24,000 bases of DNA, from contig NZ_JBQCYD010000010.1 of assembly GCF_052088025.1 (NCBI RefSeq), positions 43,666-67,665 of the forward strand, given 5' to 3'. Under the pieces are notes generated by a model. That model saw nothing but the letters and a program-made list of their open reading frames with translations, did not search any database and was not told the DNA's origin. The stretch is from Senegalia sp. (in: firmicutes) (lineage in GTDB: Bacteria; Bacillota; Clostridia; Tissierellales; SIT17). Of the stretch, positions 15,988 to 22,656 are shown in pieces. A program made the position numbers and the translations under genes. Position 1 is the first letter of the stretch. Each line of letters opens with the position of its first letter.

Positions 15988-16665
15988 CTACTTCATAACC
16001 GCCAAAATGGTTTTAATTATAATTTTAATATCATAAAATATAGAGAATCTTCTCAGATACTCAACATTAAGTTGAATTTTCCTTGGCATGATTTCTTTTA
16101 TATATGTTTCTTCTGGATTATTACTATCACTAAGGAGAGTATTTTCATCTCTATACTCTATTGATGCTAAATCAGTAATTCCAGGTTTAATCTTTAATAT
16201 ATTCTGCTGTTGCTCGGTATACATTTCAATATATTTAGGTACTTCAGGTCTCGGCCCTACAAAACTCATGTCTCCAATAAGGATATTAATTAGCTGGGGT
16301 AACTCATCTATTTTTGTCCTTCTAAGAACATATCCAAATTTTGTGATTCTACTATCTCTTCCAACAGTAATTTGCATTCCCTTTTTCTCTGAATCTTGTA
16401 TCATAGTTCTAAACTTAAATATCTTAAATTCCTTAATATCCTTACCCACACGTACTTGTTTAAAAAACACAGGACCTTTCGAATCTATTTTGATTAAAAT
16501 AGCAATAACAAAAAATACTGGTAGCAAACAAATTAAACCAATTAGTGAAACAATAAAATCAAACATTCTTTTCAAGACTAATTGAAACTTCTTTTTCTCT
16601 AATATTTCATCAATATCTAATAATTCTTTTAAATTTACAGCTTCCAAGCTATTACCGTCATGCAT
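15988..16665 (-). CDS. Small monotopic polyprenyl-phosphate sugar-phosphate transferase (PglC/EpsL/WbaP-C-terminal family)
   Basis: 225 aa with a single N-terminal hydrophobic hairpin, then PVFFKQVRVGKDIKEFKIFKFRTM and DELPQLINILIGDMSFVGPRPE, the bacterial sugar transferase (PF02397-type) signature. Confidence 0.85.
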   Translation of the reverse strand: MHDGNSLEAVNLKELLDIDEILEKKKFQLVLKRMFDFIVSLIGLICLLPVFFVIAILIKIDSKGPVFFKQVRVGKDIKEFKIFKFRTMIQDSEKKGMQITVGRDSRITKFGYVLRRTKIDELPQLINILIGDMSFVGPRPEVPKYIEMYTEQQQNILKIKPGITDLASIEYRDENTLLSDSNNPEETYIKEIMPRKIQLNVEYLRRFSIFYDIKIIIKTILAVMK

Positions 16666-16679
16666 TAGTTCTCTCCACC

Positions 16680-17876
16680 TTATTCTTTGATAATCTCTTT
16701 CAACCCGTTAACCACATACTCCACTTCCTCATTAGTAAGTAAAGTATGTAATGGCAGTGTAATCTCATTCTTATACATATTAAAAGCATTAGGATAATCT
16801 TTTATATCAAAACCTAAATTCTTATATGCAGTATGCATTGGCAATGGCTTATAGTGAACATTTGTTGCTATACCTTTCTCAGCCATCTTTACAATTACAT
16901 CATTTCTGTACTCTTCATCTTTTCCAAGCAGTTTAACTAGATACAAATGACCACTAGAAGATGACTTATCACTAAAATGTTTTAAACTAACAGCACTACT
17001 ATTCTCTAAAGCTTTATCGTACATCTCAATAATTTGTTTTCTTCTTTCTAGGTTCTCAGAATATCTAGCTAACTGTGCAAGACCTAAGGATGCCATTAGA
17101 TCTGTCATGTTACATTTATAAGCAGGATAGACAATATCATATTCCCATGCACCAAGCTTTGTTTTTGCTAGTGCATCCTTGGACTGTCCATGAAGGGATA
17201 ATAACATGAATTCTTTGTATATTTCTTCTTTATCAAACTCAGTAATATCTCTCCAAGTAACAGCTCCTCCTTCTGCAGTAGTTAAGTTCTTTACTGCATG
17301 GAATGAAAAGCATGTAAAATCAGCAACTTGTCCACTCATTTGTCCTTCATAAGATGCTCCAAAAGAGTGAGCTGCATCAGCTAGTACTACAACTCTTCCT
17401 ATTGCCTTTTGTAATTCATTTGAAGGTTTGAACAAGTCTTTCTTATTATTAACTGCTTCAAATATTCTATCGTAATCACACATTACACCAGCTATGTCTA
17501 CTGGAATAATAGCTTTTGTCTTCTCGGTTATCGCATCAGCAATAGCATCATAGTCTATGTGAAATGAATCCTTACCTGAATCTACCAAAACTATTTTAGC
17601 CCCTACATGGTGAATTACACTTGCAGAAGCTGAATATGTATAAGCTGAAGTTATTACTTCATCTCCTGGTCCAACCCCTAGTAATCTCAGTGTCATTTCC
17701 ATGGCAGCAGTAGCAGAATTAAGGCATACTGCTTTTGAAGTATTACAATACTCAGCTATCTTTTTTTCAAATAATTTTGTCTTAGGTCCAGTTGTAATCC
17801 AACCTGTACTTAATGTCGCTGCAACCTCATTTATTTCATTTTCAGAAATATCTGGAGGAGAAAATGGTATTTTCAT
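16680..17876 (-). CDS. DegT/DnrJ/EryC1/StrS-family PLP-dependent nucleotide-sugar aminotransferase (EpsN/PglE-like)
   Basis: MKIPFSPPDISENEINEV...LNSATAAMEMTLRLLGVGPGDEVI...DAAHSFGA...FSFHAVKNLTTAEGG, with the PLP lysine in the HAVKN context. It is the first gene of the operon. Confidence 0.85.
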   Translation of the reverse strand: MKIPFSPPDISENEINEVAATLSTGWITTGPKTKLFEKKIAEYCNTSKAVCLNSATAAMEMTLRLLGVGPGDEVITSAYTYSASASVIHHVGAKIVLVDSGKDSFHIDYDAIADAITEKTKAIIPVDIAGVMCDYDRIFEAVNNKKDLFKPSNELQKAIGRVVVLADAAHSFGASYEGQMSGQVADFTCFSFHAVKNLTTAEGGAVTWRDITEFDKEEIYKEFMLLSLHGQSKDALAKTKLGAWEYDIVYPAYKCNMTDLMASLGLAQLARYSENLERRKQIIEMYDKALENSSAVSLKHFSDKSSSSGHLYLVKLLGKDEEYRNDVIVKMAEKGIATNVHYKPLPMHTAYKNLGFDIKDYPNAFNMYKNEITLPLHTLLTNEEVEYVVNGLKEIIKE

Positions 17877-18111
17877 ATAAATATTCCCCTTTCAAATTCT
17901 TATTTTATCTATCGCTACAAATTTGCTACAAACACACTTCTACATCAGTCATATCAACACTTCCAAGACTTAATAAACCACATTTTTACTTGTTTTCTAA
18001 GCTGGTCCAAACTCTTGCACTCATTGATATAACTGTATTTTAATACTCTCCTTTATCCCTAAAACTCGATTTCAACATACCATTTCTTTATTAAGCTTTT
18101 ATAAAATAAAA

Positions 18112-18132
18112 TGGTAAGATATTCTCCTACCA
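18112..18132 (-). terminator. Weak rho-independent terminator after the prepilin-like gene
   Basis: Minus strand TGGTAGGAGAATATCTTACCA followed by TTTTATTTTAT. The stem is only 5-6 bp with one mismatch. Confidence 0.4.
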
Positions 18133-18201
18133 ATACTAATTATCAAATATCTATACTTGTTATCCTTTCACCATACTCACGTCGCCATAATCATCCAATC
18201 A

Positions 18202-18570
18202 CTAAATATATGGAACATCATCACTATCATTTTCCTCTTTTAAATCATGAACAGTACATCTAACTTTTCCATTACCATAGCTAATGATACCATCTTTAGG
18301 ACATATTTGCTGATTATAATCATTTAAATAATTATTAAATAAAGAATCAGTATGATTTATATCTTCAGATATCAAGTATATGTCATATGACTTTTGTAAT
18401 TCTTTGCAGCTTATATTACAAGCTGTTGCTTTAACACTATCTCTATATGATAAGTAATTTGGCAATACAATAAATGCCAATATAATAATTATAGAAATAA
18501 CTATTATTAATTCAATCATAGTAAATCCTTTATTGCAAGTTCTTTTAGGTTTGTAATTTATAATCCTCAT
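18202..18570 (-). CDS. Prepilin-type N-terminal cleavage/methylation domain protein (type IV pilin/pseudopilin-like), orphan
   Basis: MRIINYKPKRTCNKG|FTMIELIIVISIIIILAFIVLPNY has the class III signal G/FTxxE with Glu at +5, followed by a hydrophobic helix. I prefer the ATG at 18570 (after GGGAGG) over the GTG at 18588. The small globular part contains four Cys. Confidence 0.7.
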   Translation of the reverse strand: MRIINYKPKRTCNKGFTMIELIIVISIIIILAFIVLPNYLSYRDSVKATACNISCKELQKSYDIYLISEDINHTDSLFNNYLNDYNQQICPKDGIISYGNGKVRCTVHDLKEENDSDDVPYI

Positions 18571-18630
18571 GGAAGTAATACCTCCCACTTTTGAATTTGT
18601 AGTTCACTTTCATTCACTCATATGTATAAA

Positions 18631-18678
18631 AGCCAAAAAAATAATGTTAATCCAATTCAATTAACATTATTTTGGGCT
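18631..18678 (-). terminator. Long AT-rich hairpin with a U-run downstream of cutC and upstream of the prepilin gene
   Basis: Minus strand AGCCCAAAATAATGTTAAT-TGAATTGG-ATTAACATTATTTTTTTGGCT followed by TTTAT. It forms a ~20-bp stem. Confidence 0.6.
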
Positions 18679-18720
18679 ATTTTATAGAAATAACTCTTTT
18701 CCCGTCGAATTTCTATATTT

Positions 18721-18749
18721 ATTGTATACAAAAAATCATGTTTGGTCAA
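18721..18749 (-). promoter_or_regulatory. SigA-type promoter candidate TTGACC-N17-TACAAT
   Basis: On the minus strand, -35 TTGACC is at 18749-18744, the spacer is 17 nt, and -10 TACAAT is at 26-21 (18726-18721). It lies between the cutC stop and the hairpin at 18631-18678, pointing toward the prepilin gene. Confidence 0.45.
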
Positions 18750-18826
18750 GCAATGATTGGGTATATATTACTATTTTCGTATAACATTTTCTGTGGTTTT
18801 TCGACATATTTCGACAAGTCTATACC

Positions 18827-19576
18827 TTACTTTTCTTTAACTATATTTACTAATTCTTTTACCTTCTCATAACTCACCACATTGTATGAGCTTTCATGTG
18901 GTTCACCTACATAGGCATATGATACATTACCAATTGTTGTAGGATCACTCTTATATGTTTTAGCTGAACTATGGTATTGATTTATACCTGTATGTTCTAT
19001 AATCTCAGCTACATTTGTTTCATTTACTCCGCTGCCTGCTAGTATTTCTATTTCATCACCATATTTCTCTTGTAAATCTTTTAATAGTTCTATTCCATCT
19101 ATTGCTTTTGGCTTTTGTCCTGATGTGAGTATTCTATCTACTCCTAATTCTATCAGTACTTCTATTGATTCATATGGATCAGCTGCACTGTCAAATGCTC
19201 TGTGAAATACTACTTCCTTCTTGTGCTTCTTTAGTATTTCTATTATCTTTTCAGTTTTAAATACATCTATTCTTTTATCTGTAGTTAAACATCCAAATGC
19301 AACACCAGCTATATCATATTTCACCATTTCTTTTATATCTGCTATAATTGTGTCAAATTGATATTCATTGTAGCAAAATCCTGCTCCACGTGGTCTTGCC
19401 ATTACTATTATTGGTATATTGCACCTCTCAGTTGCTAGTTTTATTGTCCCTATAGATGGAGTAAGTCCTCCTAGATGCATACTATTGTTAAGCTCTACCC
19501 TATCTGCCCCTGCTTGTTCTGATATGATTACATCTTCTAGGCTATCACAACATATTTCAACTATTTTTTGTTTCAA
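18827..19576 (-). CDS. cutC: CutC-family protein
   Basis: MKQKIVEICCDSLEDVIISEQAGADRVELNNSMHLGGLTPSIGTI matches the CutC N-terminal signature (E(V/I)C...GAdRiEL...GGLTPS). 249 aa, the typical length. Confidence 0.85.
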   Translation of the reverse strand: MKQKIVEICCDSLEDVIISEQAGADRVELNNSMHLGGLTPSIGTIKLATERCNIPIIVMARPRGAGFCYNEYQFDTIIADIKEMVKYDIAGVAFGCLTTDKRIDVFKTEKIIEILKKHKKEVVFHRAFDSAADPYESIEVLIELGVDRILTSGQKPKAIDGIELLKDLQEKYGDEIEILAGSGVNETNVAEIIEHTGINQYHSSAKTYKSDPTTIGNVSYAYVGEPHESSYNVVSYEKVKELVNIVKEK

Positions 19577-19598
19577 TTATATCCCCCTGCTTTCTATC

Positions 19599-19919
19599 TT
19601 ATTTTGAATATTTTTTGTGTGTAAGTAGCATTTCTTCCGTTAGATCTCTTAATAGTTCTGTGCTCATCATCTGATCTTCTGCATGCATTAATAATAAAGT
19701 GATTTTAAAATCATCACCTTGGCTTTCCTTTGCTAGTATATCCATATGAACGTCATGTGCCTTTCCTAGACTATCTTCTGCCTTTTTTATCATTTCTCCT
19801 GCTTGATCAAATCTTTCTTCCCTTGAAGCTTTTAGTGCTTCATGTAGGTATGATTTTGCATCTCCTACATTGCTTATTATTTGAAAACTTAATAATTCCA
19901 TTCCTTCCACAATATCCAC
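19599..19919 (-). CDS. PTS lactose/cellobiose-family EIIA component
   Basis: 106 aa. SFQIISNVGDAKSYLHEALKASREERFDQAGEMIKKAEDSL...LLLMHAEDQMM is the three-helix EIIA(Lac/Cel) pattern, with the phosphorylatable His in the MHAED context. Confidence 0.85.
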   Translation of the reverse strand: MDIVEGMELLSFQIISNVGDAKSYLHEALKASREERFDQAGEMIKKAEDSLGKAHDVHMDILAKESQGDDFKITLLLMHAEDQMMSTELLRDLTEEMLLTHKKYSK

Positions 19920-19945
19920 CGTCTTTCTATATATTCTATATTATT

Positions 19946-20905
19946 TTATTTTAATTTTAAAGGGCTTGTTCTCTTTTTCATATAATTGTCTAACCATTCT
20001 TCACTTGCTTTCTCATAAGTAGTCTTTCCATTCTCATTTTTACATACATATACTGTTGCCTCTATTTTATCAGTAGCTATTACGAATGAAAATCCTTCTA
20101 TGTTTGTAGCTACTCCAAATTCACCCTGCTTGTTTATACATACTACTGATATATCTCCTGCTTTTTTTCTTCTCTTTATTAATAAATCATTTAGTTCAGA
20201 TACTGCCTTATCTGCTGCTTCTTGTGGACTATATCCTTCTTTCATTAGTCTTACTATTTCATAAGACGAGCAACCTTTCATGATGTCTTCTCCAAGTCCT
20301 GTTGCGCTTGCTCCTCCTATTTCACTATCTACATAGAAACCTGAGCCTGAAACTGCTGAATCTCCTGTTCTTCCTCTTTTCTTCATAAATAATCCTGATG
20401 TAGATGTTCCACTTGCCATTGAATCATTTGTATCAAGGGCTACCATTCCTACAGTGTCATGTCCAGAATAAGGACTAAGTCCCTTGTCTACTGTTTCTTT
20501 TAATCTATTTTTATAGTGAATTATAGCTCTATCTGTGAGCATATTTTGTCTTTCAAATCCATTTTTATGGGCATATTCTTCCGCTCCAGCTCCTACTAGA
20601 AAGCAATTTACTTTTTCCTTGCTTAATTTTCTAGCTATAGATATTGGATTTTTGAAATCTCTTATTCCAGCAACTGCTCCAATTGATAGACTATCTCCAT
20701 CCATGAATGCTGCATCTAGTTCTACTTCTCCATTTTCATTTGGAAGTCCTCCATATCCTACTGATTTATAGTAGGGGAAATCTTCTACCATCTTTACTGC
20801 TTCTTCTGTTGCATCAGCTGAAGAACCATTATTCTTTAATATTTTAACCCCTTCTTCTATTCCTTCTAGGGCCATTCTCCATGTGGCTATCATTGCATAA
20901 GTCAT
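19946..20905 (-). CDS. Ntn-hydrolase of the isoaspartyl peptidase / L-asparaginase / glycosylasparaginase family
   Basis: IATWRMALEG...VGYGGLPNENGEVELDAAFMDG...GAVAG...GHD|TVGMVALD (autoprocessing site with nucleophile Thr)...TSGLFMKKRGRTGDSAVSGSGFY. All family hallmarks are present. Confidence 0.85.
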   Translation of the reverse strand: MTYAMIATWRMALEGIEEGVKILKNNGSSADATEEAVKMVEDFPYYKSVGYGGLPNENGEVELDAAFMDGDSLSIGAVAGIRDFKNPISIARKLSKEKVNCFLVGAGAEEYAHKNGFERQNMLTDRAIIHYKNRLKETVDKGLSPYSGHDTVGMVALDTNDSMASGTSTSGLFMKKRGRTGDSAVSGSGFYVDSEIGGASATGLGEDIMKGCSSYEIVRLMKEGYSPQEAADKAVSELNDLLIKRRKKAGDISVVCINKQGEFGVATNIEGFSFVIATDKIEATVYVCKNENGKTTYEKASEEWLDNYMKKRTSPLKLK

Positions 20906-20933
20906 AAATATACCTCGTTTCCTTATATTGTCT

Positions 20934-22058
20934 TTATTTTGCTAAATTATATATTGCCTGGGCAAATATCTTTGCGTTTAATACTATATCATCTATATCC
21001 ATATACTCATTTGGATTATGTGCTATACCTTTTTGTCCTGGGAAAGATGGTCCAAATGGTACGATATTTGGCATTATCTTAGCATAGGTTCCTCCTGTTG
21101 TAGTTACAGGTGTGCCATCAAGTCCTGTTACTTCTTCATATGCCTTTTGCATACTCTTTACCATATATGAATCCTTATCAAATTTCACTGGGTCATAGTT
21201 TAATAATAATTCTAATTTTATATTCTCTGTTAGTTTTAATTTGATTTTTTCTAGTATTTCATCTATTTGAACGATAGCTGGATATGATAAACTCATATGA
21301 AATGTTAATTTGGAGTCTTTTATGTCAGTTTTAAAATTTCTCATTTCCATAGTACCAAACTCACTATCCTTATAATCTATTCCAAGTCTTTGACCATTTG
21401 ATTTACTGCTTAGTATATATTCATTTACAAAGTTAAAAAATTCTTTTGTTCTTTTTTCATAGTTTTGATCATTGTATTCTACATTAAATTCTATATTTGC
21501 TCTTCCTCTTTCACCATATACTACTGGATATTTGCAATCTGGAGTGAAGCCCATTATAGGTGGTTTTTCTTTTTTTAGATAATATGGAATATCATTAAAT
21601 CCACTTTCTTCATCTGTTCCAAATATTATCCTAACTTTTTTATCCATAGTTAATCCTGATTCTTTTATTGCATATAGGGCAAATAGGGCTGACATTATCG
21701 GGCCCTTGTTATCTAGTACTCCTCTACCATACATTTTCCCATCTCTTATGCTAGCACAAAAAGGAGGACTACTCCAACCTTCACCTACATCTACTACATC
21801 TAAATGTCCTAGTATTCCTATATATTCTTCACCTTGACCAAATTCAGCATATCCCACACAATTATCTATATTTTTTGTTTTAAATCCTAGTTTGTCTGCT
21901 ATTTCAAGTGCTTTTGCGAGTGCTTTTTTAGCTTCTTCTCCAAATGGTGCATCAGGTCTTGCTTGACCTTTTACACTTGCTATATTTACTATCTCTTTTA
22001 TTGATTCTAATAATTGATCTTTAAACTTGTCAATATTATCATTTAAAATCTGTTCCAC
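20934..22058 (-). CDS. M20-family metallo-dipeptidase (PepV/Sapep-like)
   Basis: Metal ligand motifs GHLDVVDVG, GRGVLDNKGP, GTDEESG and AHNPNEY. I prefer the GTG at 22058 (SD GGAGG plus 8 nt; MEQILNDNIDKF...) over the track TTG at 22082. Confidence 0.8.
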   Translation of the reverse strand: MEQILNDNIDKFKDQLLESIKEIVNIASVKGQARPDAPFGEEAKKALAKALEIADKLGFKTKNIDNCVGYAEFGQGEEYIGILGHLDVVDVGEGWSSPPFCASIRDGKMYGRGVLDNKGPIMSALFALYAIKESGLTMDKKVRIIFGTDEESGFNDIPYYLKKEKPPIMGFTPDCKYPVVYGERGRANIEFNVEYNDQNYEKRTKEFFNFVNEYILSSKSNGQRLGIDYKDSEFGTMEMRNFKTDIKDSKLTFHMSLSYPAIVQIDEILEKIKLKLTENIKLELLLNYDPVKFDKDSYMVKSMQKAYEEVTGLDGTPVTTTGGTYAKIMPNIVPFGPSFPGQKGIAHNPNEYMDIDDIVLNAKIFAQAIYNLAK

Positions 22059-22123
22059 CCAAATAACCTCCACTTTGAACAAAATTAATATATAAGGCAG
22101 CCTTATAAGGCCACCTTATATGA

Positions 22124-22645
22124 TTAGTAACATATATCTTTTTTAAGTTCTTTTGTATCTTCTTTTTTGTACATTTTTTCTGCAAGTAGGGCTATATTAG
22201 CTAGTGAATTCTTGAGTCCTGTTCCACCTTTTTTAGGCATTTTCACTATATTCATCTTATCTTTATATTCAGCTATTGTATCTTCATTTTCTTCTGACAT
22301 TGCAGCTAGTGCTGGTATATCTGTATTTTCATTTATTTTATCTGCTAATACTGCACACATTTTCCCGTATCCTTTATAGTTATATGCTGGACCACAGATT
22401 ACTATATCTGGGTTTAATTTTTTTACCATGCCCACCATTTTTCTTTCTACTTCTTCTTTATTTTCTTTGAAATATTCATCTCCACAATACAAACATGCAC
22501 TTACTTGTCCATCTACTTCTTTTAAATGAGACTTTATCATAGGTACTGAGCCTATTTCTCCTTTTTTACCACCGGGAGCTATATTTGCCTTTTCTTTTCC
22601 ACCCATTCCTGCTTGTATTTGGTCAAATATCATTAAAACTTTCAT
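22124..22645 (-). CDS. Short protein homologous to the N-terminal domain of glycine/sarcosine/betaine reductase component B (GrdB-like)
   Basis: MKVLMIFDQIQAGMGGKEKANIAPG...CGDEYFKEN...NPDIVICGPAYNYKGYGKMCAVLADKI...IPALAAMSEEN parallels the GrdB N-terminal pattern as I recall it (V.HY.NQFF.G.GGEEKA...CGD.YF...PD...AGPAFNAGRYG..C). At 173 aa it covers only the N-terminal third of a GrdB. Confidence 0.5.
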   Translation of the reverse strand: MKVLMIFDQIQAGMGGKEKANIAPGGKKGEIGSVPMIKSHLKEVDGQVSACLYCGDEYFKENKEEVERKMVGMVKKLNPDIVICGPAYNYKGYGKMCAVLADKINENTDIPALAAMSEENEDTIAEYKDKMNIVKMPKKGGTGLKNSLANIALLAEKMYKKEDTKELKKDICY

Positions 22646-22656
22646 TTTACTACCTC

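Noticed and set aside
17905-17935. Resemblance of TTGTAGCGATAG to the RfaH ops element (GGCGGTAGnnTG)
   Set aside because: Only the GTAGCG core matches. ops/RfaH is a Gram-negative system, and this DNA is Firmicutes-like. I kept only the observation of the 11-bp-phased direct repeat.
18589-18720. A c-di-GMP riboswitch upstream of the prepilin gene, as known for some clostridial pilin genes
   Set aside because: The sequence between the putative +1 and the terminator hairpin is only ~40-60 nt, and I do not recognise the conserved GEMM-I or c-di-GMP-II cores. It is too short for either aptamer. An Infernal scan would settle it.
17813-18872. Intergenic + strand ORFs 17813..18043 and 18672..18872
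   Set aside because: They run against the direction of every neighbouring gene, have no RBS and give low-complexity translations. They span regions better explained as the operon leader, promoter and terminator sequence.
20934-22058. M20 dipeptidase as a truncated pseudogene (about 375 aa versus about 470 aa for PepV)
   Set aside because: The frame is continuous, and both the N-terminal (HLD, DNKG, DEE) and C-terminal (HNPNE) metal/catalytic motifs are present. The shortfall is in the lid domain, consistent with a shorter subfamily rather than decay.
3454-22082. N-terminal extensions in the ORF track (starts at 3492, 4264, 5280, 18588, 22082)
   Set aside because: In each case the extension begins at a non-ATG or poorly placed codon and reads through the Shine-Dalgarno element of a downstream in-frame start (3453, 4273, 5271, 18570, 22058), and the downstream start gives a family-typical N-terminus.
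22124-22645. Possible selenoprotein (in-frame UGA/SECIS) because of GrdB homology
   Set aside because: The ORF is uninterrupted from ATG to stop. It covers only the N-terminal region, which lies upstream of where GrdB carries Sec, and no downstream continuation in frame is apparent.
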